64,000 bases of DNA from Lytechinus pictus. Taxonomy: Eukaryota. Shown here piece by piece: positions 1-12,449 of the stretch; positions within the stretch are counted from its first letter, which is position 1, and each line of letters opens with the position of its first letter. The position numbers were made by a program, and so were the translations under genes. The notes under the pieces are model-generated. The model searched no databases and was not told the origin of the DNA. It saw nothing but the letters and a program-made list of their open reading frames with translations. Location: assembly GCF_037042905.1 (NCBI RefSeq), contig NC_087252.1:32550001-32614000 (forward strand). Direction: 5' to 3'.

Positions 1-1046
1 CTCGCCTCTTTGTAGCTTCTCCGCCTGCAATCACTTATGACCAGACAATTTTACCCCTTAGTCCCTCATATCCACAACCGTGTCCAGACGATTTCTTGAC
101 ACTTGAGCCATTTCAAATTAAGGATGCTCTTTCCACTCCAGTTGAGAACAATTAAAGCAGGTTCAAGATTTTATGGAAGGGGGGGGGGGGAGGGGCATGG
201 TCTTCTATTTTCCTTCTTCTATTTTCCTTGTACGAATTAGACTTTAGAAGGATACCTACATGTAGAAGATAATTGGTATGTCCATCATGATTAATTTGTT
301 GTAGCTTTCAGAATGAGAGTTTAAAGTTACTTTACACATACAGCATTTAGGCCTACAACAAAAGGAGGTGGGGCACCTGCTTTTCAAATATTAAATTCAT
401 TTTATTCATTTATTTTTTTTGTAATCACAAATTAAGTCATTGTCAAATCAGTTATTAGTCATGTCATTGTTAATATTTTTTTTAAAGAAAGTTGGTAGCA
501 GATAAAAGCAGTATTAAAAAATATATAGGCCTACATTATTTTGGGTGACCTGGGGAAAGGAAAAATTACTATTACAATTCTAAATCTTTACATTCTCTAC
601 GAACCTCTGTTTCACAGAATCGAGCGTCGGAACAATGCTCCACTTTCACATGAAATGCTCCACATTGAAATTTGAAGTTTTGACTTTCAAACTTTCAAAC
701 CATGAAATGAAACCATGGAAGTTACATGTACATGTAGATGACATGTAGCATGGAGCAAGATTTTCAATGATTTTGGTGCAGTATTTCTTCACAGGAGTCT
801 GCTATATCATATGTCCTCCTTGTGAACAGTCGTGCGCTCCCATTGTCACAAGGTGGCGCTATAAAAGAAATAGGTCTAGCTTATTACTGAAGCCTGTGCA
901 TGTGTGAGCATTCCAGTGTTTGTAGTCAGGCCCAAAGCCTCAAGGCCAAGGAATTGAAAAAGTAGGCCTTCAGGCACTACAATACTGATGCGTGTAGCTT
1001 CACTCTATACAAAATCGGCCACCTGTCTATTGAAAACCTCTCTTAA

Positions 1047-1637
1047 AGGTCAAGTCCACCCCAGGATAATGCAGACTTGAATAAATAGAGAAAAATCAAT
1101 GTAGCATAGTGCTGAAAATCTCATCAAAATCGGATGTAAAATAAGAAAGTTATGACATTTTAAAGTTTCGCTTATTTTTCACAAAACAGTGATATGCACA
1201 ACTAGGTGACTCAGTCGATGATGTCCATCACTCACTATTTCTTTTGTTTTTTATTGTTTGAATTATACAATATTTCATTTTTTATAGATTTGACAATAAG
1301 GACCAACTTGACTGAACCATATAGTATTAGACAATGCTGATTCCACATGTTCAGGGAGGAATTAATAATTGTAGCACTTGACAATGTGGAGAAAATTAGA
1401 ATATTTTATATTTCATATAATAAAATACAAAATAAATAGTGAGTGGATGATGTCATAGTCTCCTCATTTGCATACCAGCCAGGATGTGCATATAACTGTT
1501 TTGTGAAATTAAGCGAAACTTTAAAATGTCATAACTTTCTTATTTTACATCCGATTTTGATGAAATTTTCAGTGTTATGCTTGTTGGATTTTTCTCTTTT
1601 TATTCAAATCAACTTTTTGTTGGGGTGGACTTGTCCT
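1047..1637. mobile_element. Non-autonomous TIR element (MITE), Kolobok-type family A, full length
   Basis: TTAA at 1043-1046 and 1638-1641. Ends AGGTCAAGTCCACCCC / GGGGTGGACTTGTCCT, with long imperfect subterminal inverted repeats. TTAA TSD with purine-purine termini is the Kolobok signature (piggyBac ends start CC). Further copies at 40412, 43240 and about 63730. Confidence 0.9.
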
Positions 1638-1655
1638 TTAAGTGGCCATCAAAAT

Positions 1656-1835
1656 GGTTCCGTGACATTCGCCCCGCGACAACTGCTCTGATGGAAAACT
1701 TGCATGCCTAACCTTCTAAAAACTAAATAAACCCTAATCCTCTTTACATTATTCTGAACAAAAAGCTCTCCTCAAACCCTATGCCCTCTGAGATACTGGA
1801 GCAAATGTTGGAGCATACATGTATGTCTTGTCATC
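1656..1835 (+). mobile_element. Degenerate small MITE with TAACCC-like interior (same family as 41686 and 42176)
   Basis: GACATTCGCCCCGCGACAACTGCTC at the left end and GGAGCAAATGT at the right end. Interior has aaccct motifs. Similar to 42176-42382. Confidence 0.5.
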
Positions 1836-2161
1836 ATCAAAACAGTCTCCTCTTTGAAAGGAATAAAAGGACAGGTTTTAATTCACATACTTTAGATCAA
1901 TTTTTGTTCCGTAGTGTTTAGTAATTGTATATTATTTATAAAAAAATTTAAAGAGTGCCAAATCCCACGAGCATTTTATCTACCACTTATTAAAATACAT
2001 ATGTATGACGATGCTCCTCTTCACTGTTGAATTTAAACATACCCCCTTCTTTCTTGGGCAGTACTTTATTGCATGAAATAGATGTTCATATAGTGAGTAT
2101 TTGGCAGCCAAAAGTGTACATTTTCATTTTCAGGGGCTACTTTTTAGAATTTGAGGACTAA

Positions 2162-2323
2162 TACCTCGGTCACATTTGTTCTACGGCCGCCGTACGGCGA
2201 GTCGAAAACAGCCGTTTTATTCATTTTTATTCAAACCACCTATAGGTAGCTGGTACAAAAAATGTTAAAACGGCTGTTTTCGACTGGCCGTACGGCCGCC
2301 GTAGAGCAATTGTGACCGAGGTA
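2162..2323. mobile_element. PIF/Harbinger-like MITE
   Basis: About 55-bp near-perfect TIR (TACCTCGGTCACATTTG...CAATTGTGACCGAGGTA). TAA at 2159-2161 and 2324-2326. Second copy at 27652. Confidence 0.9.
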
Positions 2324-3527
2324 TAAATCTGCAACATCAAAGCTTTATCATTACAGTGCATGGGGGATTTGGCAGTGCTCTTGGGAAATTCCATAAAATA
2401 TATACGTCCGACCCCCTATACATGTATGTGGGATCTTCATGATTTTTTTGTCTGTGATTTCTTGTTCTTTTGACAGTCTGCAAGACCTGTCTTGGTCAGT
2501 TTATGAAGTGAAGTAAAACTTGAGAGAAATGGGGGTTGGATGTATCATGGTTTATCATTTTATGGAATTGCCCTCGCTCTTGTCTATTTTTCATGGCTCT
2601 TCTGAGCATCTCATCCTTAGTAATTTTTCTCTGTTACATGGATGTGCAATACATACTGAATATCAAAGGAAAGTTATAAAAAAAATGAAGGAAACATCTG
2701 TAATGACTGCATATATGTTTTAACTACATGTAGAATATTTTGTACTGATCGGGCCACATTGTCATGTTTTAACTTTTTTTTTTACCATTGTTATATGCGG
2801 GAATACAAAAATGTGAGAATCTTTTGTTCTCCATAATTCTCCTTTCCGCTTCATTTCATGGGATATATGCATTGTAAGCTGCATTGAAAACTAAAGTCAT
2901 AAAATGCATACATTCCACTTTTGCCAGAAATGTGTTATTTTTAGATGGCTACGCCTTATCAAGTATGGTAATGAAGTGAAGGGGGTACTACATGCAATTG
3001 ACAGGGGGACTTCTTGTATAGAGAATTAAGTGCAAGAGCTCTTTCTCTTTCCTGATTGTTACTTGATAATGATTTTTTATTTGGAGGGGGGGGGGGGATA
3101 AAGGGATATTCTTGATAATTGAAAGAGCGAGAGTGGTCCATGGGGGGGGGGGGGGTTTGACCACGTTCAGTTCAACATGGGTCAGGAAAGATGGAAAGGA
3201 AACACCTTTTTGGAATTCCAAAAATAACAAAAAATAAATTCTTTGAAAGCACATCTCAATTTGCTTAACATTTCTTAGAGACTGTTCCACTAAAATGTCT
3301 TGTGTAGGGGATTTCACTTGCCTGTAGGAATGTACATGTATAGAAGTTTAGTAGAAATCATTTCTCTTATGATAAAAATGCTAATCAAATATGGTAAAAG
3401 CAAAATTTTTCCCCGCAAACATGACAAATTTATTTTGCTGATTATTAATAGAATGCAATGTATTTTTGCCGTACGGACACTGCATTCAGCTAATTTATTT
3501 ATCCTTTCTTTCTCGCCATATTTACAG

Positions 3528-4112
3528 GTGTTATCGTGGAAGCTTGATCGTCAAAGAGTCAAGGACCGCCCCCAAAACGCAACCGAGGACACGCACAGAA
3601 ATCGTCCGAAAACTTCCTTGGAGAAGCTGAACCGAATCGCAGACTACCCCTCGTAAAATCAGTGCGCTCGTCGCCTGCCATCTCATGAATACATAGCAAT
3701 CCCAGAATGCTTTGGGATGATCATGTGTTGTTGGAATGGCGGTCTGGCTTTTGACAATGTGTCTGGGAGCTAATGCGTCTGCGTTTCCTCGTTAAAAGCG
3801 TCTGAGGGGTGCTTTTATCAGGGGGAGGCTGAATGGAGGGTGATAGGAAAGCGACGAGGAGTTTTTTGAGAGGTCGCCGGTGCTCGGGACCGAGGTGTCG
3901 GTCAAGGAAACGAACTTGTCAATGCCATTGCACGCCGACTTTCAGAACAGTTACATCCACACCATGTGCCATGGAACAGACGAATCTAGGAGAGAGCAGG
4001 CAGCCAGTATGGACTGTGTATTGAGGGTAACCCTGGGCCTCTCAAACGGGTCACATGACTAGCCCCGCTCCCATTTACTACGCGGACGTGAAGGGTCAAA
4101 GTTCGCTTTGAG
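3528..4112 (+). other. Candidate internal non-coding (5'UTR-type) exon with several uORFs
   Basis: Branch-like CTAAT at 3490, pyrimidine tract and TTTACAG|G acceptor at 3527/3528. GAG|GTAAGT donor at 4112/4113. CpG-retaining, non-repetitive sequence. All three frames contain stops and no ATG frame reaches the donor open. Confidence 0.5.
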
Positions 4113-5855
4113 GTAAGTCGGTGTAAAAAAAACCCAGAAAGAAGACGCATGGCATGGCACATGAATGGGGGCAATGTGTGAGAAGAATTTGAAAGCTTGT
4201 GGAGGTGATGTGGTGCTGGATTGCTGAACCATTGTTCACCCCCTTCAATGTGCTGCAAATAAATTCTGACTTTACGATCGTTTGAAATACTCACTGGTTG
4301 TGTTGTGTTGTAAGGGCATCCACCTTTTATATTCATCATAGGTATGTATTAAACCCAGCCACGTTGCTTGAGAGGGAACGAACCCATGGTCTCGGGGCCC
4401 GTTTCCCCATATGACTTTTGCCCGCAAACCTTTTGCCGCCAGGCTACTCAGAGTGCTTTATGGTCGCCATTTTGTTTTTTCTCAATCCGAATGGGTGATA
4501 TTGAATGTGTAGCTGTGCGAATCGCAGAGGGGTCGACTGCAGATATAGATGGCAAATCAGTTGATGTTCTGTTTCATGGTTGAAAAGTGGGAGATCTGAT
4601 TTATTGGTATCGCTTAGTGTATTGAATGTATCAATACACCATGTGGTTTCATGTACATGAATGAGCCACTGTGTTGAATAGGCAGATGAACACAAATCCA
4701 TGCCAATTGACATCTGATGGTAATGTTCACTTTATACGCATGCTTCCTCAAGGTGTGTAGCTGTAGCTACCTCTGAGGGCTTGCCGTCTCTAATGCATAC
4801 AAGAAAACTTTCCTTCCACTTTTCCACATTCCAAACACATATTTTTATTCATTATAAAGAAATGAGCAATCAAAATCTTGTTCTCAGAGTCTACCCCCCT
4901 CCCATCCCTGCCCCCATGCATCTGCACAATATGTAGACCAGAATATTGAATGGTTAAGTTCAGTGTTAAACCCAAATGAATTTATCATCAGTAGTACAAA
5001 TTACATGTACATGTCATGCATGACTATTGAAATATATTACACTGTGCTGTATACATGTTTTCTATTTGATTTCCTCTTTGTTTTCTTGTACAGTACTGGT
5101 GTGTATGAGTGTTGGCACTGTTTTGTATAACTATTTGTTTGTTTTCCTGTTAATAAACTTGTACAAGCGTTAAAAAAAAATTGTATTTATTTATTTCAAG
5201 CAGAAAAATATTAGAAAAATCATAATTTACATTCGATAGTGTAACTGACATTTAACAGATGAACAACATTTATGAACATTGATAATTATTATGAATTTCT
5301 AGACAGTAATTCATAATACACATTAGTATTAAAGCCACCTTGTCAAAATGAATGTAGATCTATCTGTGCTTTATAAATGAAGAGGATCTTAACTTACCAT
5401 ATTGAAATATTTTCCAGTGATTCCAGGTCCTTTTTGGCATTAATAATATTATTTTAAGCGTTGAATCATATGACCCGACAAGTACTCCAAATAATCATAA
5501 CGTCGGGTTAGCAGTAATTGTTTTATTTTTATCCCGTCACGCTGCACATTGCCGGGGGCTGTTTAAGATCCTTAAATTGGCAACAGACGGTAGACAAGTT
5601 TGTGTTCTCCTCATCATTGTCTTCCCCTTTTGATATTATCACCGGAGCCAAGCGATGATGAATGGGCAATTAATTATCATGAACAGATATAAAGTACAAG
5701 GGCAGACGAAAAACAAAAGGCTTTCATCAACACGCTGCCAGTTGCATGTGTCTATCCTATTACGCTAACAATAGTTGGATGTATATAAGCACATGCTTAT
5801 GAAAAATGCTATCGGAGGAGCTCGGGGTTTCTAGATGCAACATTTTTGGCCTTAA

Positions 5856-6446
5856 AGGGGAATCCAGCCTTGGCCATAAAATGTTGTGTTGGGAAGGAGA
5901 AAAATAAATTAAACAGAATGGTGAAAGTTTGAAAGAAATCGGACAAGCATTAAGAAAGTTATAGCTGCTTTAAAATTGAGATCACTAATACTATGTAGAT
6001 TTCAAATTGGCAACTGAGTGAGTTAATTATGACAAGGGGCAAGGACAACTTTCCCATAGGCCATGTACTTTATTATCAGGGATTTGTGGTTTTCTCCTAA
6101 GTACCCATTCCTCTGGGGCAGTAATCTAAATATAACCCAGGTAGTATATTGTTTTATGTCCTCATGAAAGAAAAATATAATTTGAAATAAAACTTTTGGG
6201 AAAAATTACATTTTAGCCAAAATATGTATTGGAGTTCATGGAAAAGTAGTCCTTGCCTTACATCACTATGACATCCCATATGCGGCTAATTTGAAGTCTC
6301 CATGGGTACAGTGATTACCAATATTTACAACTGTAAAAATTCATAACTTTCTTGTTTGTCCAATATTGTTCAAACTTTCACCTACCATCTTGTCTGATTT
6401 TTCTTTTCCCTATAAAAACAAGTTTTTATTTGGGTTGGATTCCCCT
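5856..6446. mobile_element. Kolobok-type MITE family B, full length
   Basis: TTAA at 5852-5855 and 6447-6450. TIR AGGGGAATCCAGCC / GGTTGGATTCCCCT. Near-identical copy at 59558-61101. Confidence 0.9.
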
Positions 6447-7218
6447 TTAATTTCAGGAAGTGTTCTGGAACCTGCATGATTATGGAAATGATCACTTTTT
6501 TAACCAAAAATCTGAAGAAAGTCAATTAAAATCTGAAGATCAAATTGAGTTTGACATGGGGAAGAACAAATTTATCAGGGGAACATAACTTTTTATTTAC
6601 ATGTACATGTACATGTGTAAAGGCATTTTGATGAAAAGAAAAGGTTGCCCCCCCCCCTCATTGCGCACACGCATGCAGTCATTTTTAGGTCATTGGGTAA
6701 CTGTTCAAGATTAAGGAAAACATTTTGATGATGCCTGAAAATAAATATCTGAAAGTCTATGTCACTGATTATTAAAGAGGAATATTATTATTATGAAAAT
6801 GATATAATTCTGCTGTTGACTTCTGGTCTAATGTAATGGCTTTACAATCTCCTTGTTGGATTTGAAAAAAAAGAATTTACATCATGAATAGGCCTACAGT
6901 AGTTTCAAAAGACCAATCTAAATGTTTCAAATTGGTGGTAGTTAGGAAAGTATTCTCATAATAAAAAAAATCTACCAATGTAAGGAAGCAGTACTAACAA
7001 AATGACTGAATTTTTTTTCTCACGGCGAGTTAATATTTTCATATTGTGAGAAAAGTCCACTGTTGATTTGTTGCCACATACATGTAAAATGTATGCAACA
7101 CTTAGTGTGGGTTTTGGGTTGGTTTCATTGATATTGAGTATATATACAAGTAGCATAGGGCCTAACTTCCCAGGGAAAAATTACACTGGCCTTTCGGGAT
7201 TTTGCCCCGAAAATATGT

Positions 7219-7503
7219 GGGGGCGTCGTGGTCTAGTGGTTAAGACTTTCATCTTCCAATCTGAAGGACGTTGGTTCGATTCCAAGCCATGGCATGTTTT
7301 TCTTCAGCAAGAAATTTACCCACATTGTGCTGCACTTAACCCATGTGAGATAAATGGGTACCTTCAGGAAGTAATTCCTCAAAGCTGTGCGCACCGGAAT
7401 CGGTAGACCAGCTTAGCCGGGGTAATACCTGAGCGCCTTGATCACCTAGCAAGGTGGATACATGCGCTATACAAATCTTATATTACATTATTATTATTTA
7501 TTA
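7219..7503 (+). mobile_element. tRNA-derived SINE (family 1)
   Basis: A box TGGTCTAGTGG, B box GGTTCGATTCC, central AAATGGGTACC core, GCGC-containing 3' stem and (TTA)n tail. No tRNA acceptor stem closure. Confidence 0.88.
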
Positions 7504-7879
7504 AAAATGCCTGGAAAATTAAAGAAAAATAGCCCTGGAAAATTAAAGAAAAATAGCCCTGGAAAACCCCCTTTCATTGCAATGTTAAAGCTTAACTAAT
7601 GTTGCAGATTTAGGAAAATTGAAGAGTAGTCTCTGAGAACGGAAAATATTATTTTCGCTTTCATAAGCATGAGAAAATTCAGAAGGGAAAAACTTTACAT
7701 GTACTGTATGTACTCCTTCAGACCCAAAAATATGCTAAAACGTAGTGTTGAAAACAAAGTGGGCTAAGCTTAACCCAGGGAAACTGGTGGGGCTAAGACT
7801 CCCCCTCCCCCCTTAACCCCTCCAAATTCCCGGGGTAAAGGAAAAAAAGTGCAGTGTAAAAAGCATATTAGAGGTCATT

Positions 7880-8270
7880 GTTGCTGGCCTGATATGGTCA
7901 GCCTAAAGGTCATTATGGTTGGCCTAAAGATTAAATGGCTAGCCGAAAGATCATAGTCGACCTGAAGATCTTTTTTTAGCTAACTGGGGTGAATACTACT
8001 ACGGTTCGCCTAAAGATCACTATGGTCATCCTTAAGATCATCATGACTGGCCTTACGATCATTTTTGGGCGTTGCAATGACTTTAACTGGCATAAAGATG
8101 ACTTTCGCCTACATGTAGCCTAAAGATGATTATATGGCCAACCTGAAGATGATTATGGCCGGCCTAAAGATCTTGAGGTCGGCCAAAGGATAAATTTGGC
8201 GTCTGAAAGATCATTGTGGCTGAGAGATCAATATTGCCGGCCTAAAGATGATTGGTGCTGGCCTAAATGA
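7880..8270. repeat. Degenerate ~21-bp tandem repeat (GGCCTAAAGATCATTATGGTT-like)
   Basis: GCCTAAAGAT/CCTGAAGAT recurs roughly every 20-22 bp across about 400 bp. Confidence 0.7.
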
Positions 8271-10370
8271 CTTGGACGGGAGAGCGATAGGAGTTAGACA
8301 GATCCTGTCACCTACTTGAACAGTGTTACATCCAATCAGATTGCACAGCAGTGATATACTTGTCATGTATCTCTCTCGGTAGATAATTGAAGGGGACATA
8401 GCAAAGCACCCCTGCATTGGCTGTCTTCCATGTTCTGTGACCTTACATGAAAATCTTGGTCAAAGCGATCTGGGGGGGGGGGGTGGAGGGGGGACACAGA
8501 CAGGGAGAGGGCAGAAGAGAGAAAAGGAGTGACAGTTTAAGAGATTTTAGGGAGAGAGAGTGAGACACACACAGAGGAAGAGAGACAGAGAAAGCGAAAT
8601 AATTTAGAAGAATCGAGTGGGGGGAGGGGGTCCGCCCAAATCATCTTTCTCGAATATAGTCCTAAGTTTTCCATAATACTTTGGAATAATAGGGGGGGGG
8701 GGGGAAATGGAAATCAGGGAGAACTCAGATTTTTCTGAACTTCACAGAAAATGCAATTATTCAAGCCTCCAAATGTTTGAATTGTTTAATAATAATATAG
8801 TGAAAATCAAAACAAGTTCCAATAAACGGGACATTTGCATTGGAAGAAATTCATACACCCATACCTGTTGCAGAGTTTAGCATTAGTTTCAAAGCTTATG
8901 CATTCAGCATTCTTTATGGAAAGTTTGGAAACTAAATTTTTTCCGAGTTTTTCACTAGTCCTACATGTATGAAAGCTGCATGTCACCGAAGAAATTCAAC
9001 AGAAATGAACATAGAATTTGCATTAATATAGAAAATGGAAAACTGGGGACTTTAAAATAGGCCAGGGCAAAATGACAAACTGACCAGTTCACTGTGGCAA
9101 ATGGTCACCTTACACCAACTGAAATAACAAATAATTAATTCCTCATTGTCCAAGTCACTCCCTCCGCATTTCAGAGCAAAAACACACTGATATAGAGGGT
9201 GAGAAAAAAGTCTTTTAAGCAGACAAGAGGATAAATGACCAATAAGTGACCATTGGTCAATTTGCAAGACCCTTCCCATCTCATATAACTCATGCCTTCC
9301 AAGAGGATTCCAAAATAGCCTTTTGATTACAGTCAGCTGGATGACCAATGAGTCTGGAAAACAAGACTGACTGACCAGTCCAGTGGTGTGGATGGTCAGT
9401 GTCAAAACCAGGGCAAGGCTGTGTAAAGGTCAAACATAATACCCTGGAATTATGTCTGGCCTTCCCTAGTCTAGGGCTTCAGACCCTATAAACTATTTCT
9501 TCAGCTGCTGCTTATGTGAAAGCTTGTGTTAAAACCATTTTGTTTCCTACGTTTTGTATTTCCTGTTTGAAACTCATCTGCATAATATAACCAGTGTATT
9601 TTTTTTTAGAAAGTAAAGCCCCATTTTAGATGTGAAGTATTTCAACATTGACCCTCAAATAATTAAGAACAATTTTTCATTCTCAAGTTTAATAAAAATG
9701 TGATGGCCCTCCGAATTTATGGCTTTCATTAATTATGTTGTGTGTGTGTGTACTGTTTGTTTGTATGGGTTAATTTTTTTTTTTTTTTTTTTTTTTGGGG
9801 GGGGGGGGGCAATAAAAGCAAAAAAGACAGCAAAATATTTTCAGGGACCAGTATATTTGGGAAAAACTGGGTATCCAACTGGTCCGACATGAAACGGATA
9901 GACCAGTAGAAAAAAAGGATTAATGTGGAGCCCTGTGATACGTTATTAAAAGGCAATGAACATTGTGGGCCTGAGATATCAATATTTACATGTACGTAGG
10001 GTAAGGTTCCTTTGCTATATGCCATATAATTACAGGACAAATGGGGGAAAAATAAAAAAAAGCACACAAAAATTTCCAAGGGTATTGGGATGGGCCGTTG
10101 ATGAAGCCTTAGACTGTTATAATTCTTTTTAGTCCTGACTCTCTTTATTAGCGATGTTTCATTTTGCTTTATCATTGTAGAGACTCGTGAAAATTCAGTC
10201 CATCAATTTCTGCACTTTCACTAATAAATTTTCATTAATTGTTGATTCATTCACAAGGTTTTTACATGTTCAGATTTATATACATGTAGATAGTTGATTA
10301 CTCACATGATTTTCTTTTTATATTGAAATGAAAAAATACACAATCTGTCTTTACTATCAACACATTTTTT

Positions 10371-11544
10371 TGTCTCGCCTGCATAGCAGAGCGAGACTAT
10401 AGGCGCCGCTTCTCCGGCGGCGGCGGCGTCAACATCAAATCTTAACCTAAGGTTAAGTTTTTGAAATGACATCATAACTTAGAAAGTATATGGACCTAGT
10501 TCATGAAACTTGGACATAATGTTAATCAAGTATTACTGAACATCCTGCCTGAGTTTCAGGTCACATGACCAAGGTCAAAGGTCATTTAGGGTCAATGAAC
10601 TTAGACCATGTTGGGAAAATTATTTTCAAAATCTTAACCGAAGGTTAAGTTTTTGAAATGACATCCTAACTTAAAAAGTATATGGACCTAGTTCATGAAA
10701 CTTGGGCATAAGGTTAATCAAGTATTAGTGAACATCCTGCTCGAGTTTCAGGTCACGTGACCAAAGTCAAAGGTCATTTAGGGTCAATGAACTTTGGTTA
10801 AGTTGGGGGCATTTGTTGAATTACTATCATAACTTTGAAAATTTATGGATCTAGTTCATGAAACTTGGACATTAGGTTAATCAAGTACCACTGAATATCC
10901 TGTGTGAGTTTCAGGTCACATGACCATGGTCAATGGTCATTTAAGGTCAATGAACTTTGGCCGTGTTGGGCGTATATGTTAAATTACCATCCTAACTCTG
11001 AAAGTTTATGGATCTAGTTCATAAAACTTGGACATAAGAGTAATCAAGTATCACTGAACATCCTGTACGAGTTTCAGGTCACATGACCATGGTCAAAGGT
11101 CATTAAAGGTCAATGAACTTTGGCCGTGTTGGGGGCATTTGTTGAATTACCATCCTAACTCTGAAAGTTTATGGATCTAGTTCATAAAACTTGGGATATA
11201 AGAGTAATCAAGCTTCACTGAACATCCCCTGTGAGTTTCAGGTCACAAAACCAAGTCAAAGGTCAGTTAAGGTCAATAAACTTAGGCCATGTTGGGGTAA
11301 TTGTTGAAGTGCCATCATAACTTTGAAAGTTTATGGATAGAGAATGAATGAAATGTGGACATGGGTGTAGTTGACAAGTCCTAAGTCACCGTTCAAATGT
11401 CATCTATGGTCAATGAACGTGGTATTATATCATTATATGAATGGTGTTTTTGTGAATGATTATTTTATAGTAGTTTTCAAAGTTAGCACTGCTGCTATGT
11501 TAAATTGCGTAATGCAGGCGAGACTGCCAGAGGCGTTCCACTTG
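10371..11544 (+). mobile_element. Helentron-associated non-autonomous element (HINE/DINE-1/Tsp-like) with internal tandem array, copy 1
   Basis: Flanked by T runs with no distinct TSD. Subterminal IR GTCTCGCCTGCAT (10372-10384) / ATGCAGGCGAGAC (11512-11524). 5' hairpin with GCGAGAC (10391-10397), (GGC)n microsatellite, about 5.5 tandem units (period about 193 then 163 bp) and a short 3' stem GCC-AGA-GGC. Confidence 0.82.
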
Positions 11545-12449
11545 TTTAGTAAATAATTCTTTATGAAAAAGGAAAAAATCGCCATCTTTTATGATAAAGA
11601 TTACACAAAACACTATGTGGGCCTACATCAATTTATTGCAATGTGGTATGACTAGTGTCCATTAACTCAATTTTGCCAAGTCATTTCTGTTGAAAAATAT
11701 TTGTATTTGTTTTTGTTCTCTTATGTATGTATGTTTGCTATATACATGTAGGCCTACATTGACCTGTGTATATGTCTAGCCTATATGAACCAACCACACG
11801 AGTCTGGATTTGTAGACAAGCGCTGTAAGATACTCCTTTATAAAAAGGTAGACTAGTCTACCTTCCAACCACTGTTAACCTAACTTATCCAGTAGACGTC
11901 CCTGTATTGAGGCTGGTGTATAAATTATGCAGAGCATTTTATTGATAGATGCAGGCTGTCTGGTGTAATGAGTCTGAGAATGCAGACTACTGTTGTGCAT
12001 TGTTGAAAGGCTAGAATGCTTAATGCTTTGGAGGCCTCCTTATCCCTGAATCAATGTGCATACATTCACTGCAATGTGCACAGTCCCTCTGGCCCAGACT
12101 GCCTTGTTCAAGTGGAAAATAGTCTTGTTTTTCAGTCTCAAGTCTACTACATGTACAGCTTTCCTCATTGGCATATTCAGGCTTAACACACTCGGTCTAT
12201 TCGGTGCACCCAGTTTGATGATTACATCTGCTATTATCCTTTATGACATCAGCTTATTTTTATTCTGTTGAACTTGTACAAACATCCCTGTTATAATGGC
12301 ATTGATAGGCCTTTTATTTATTTTATTGCTATTGAGCTTCACCAATCCATCATATTTATTATATTTTTTTCTTCTGATTCTGTCAATGCATTGCCTATTT
12401 CATTGGGTTGTTGGGAGTTTATTGCCTTTCTAAAATTGTCTGGATGGTT

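Noticed and set aside
1043-1641. piggyBac assignment for the TTAA-flanked MITEs
   Set aside because: Termini are AG..CT rather than CC..GG, which fits Kolobok.
5655-5780. C/D box snoRNA (ATGATGA at 5655; also GTGATGA near 48879 and 48970)
   Set aside because: No CTGA D box at a suitable distance and no terminal stem.
7219-7290. tRNA genes (also 33309, 34915-34987, 36630)
   Set aside because: A and B boxes are present but there is no closing acceptor stem, and each continues into a SINE body and tail.
10430-11420. CRISPR-like array (also 25330, 58375, 62184)
   Set aside because: Whole units repeat with no unique spacers, there are no cas genes, and the DNA is eukaryotic.
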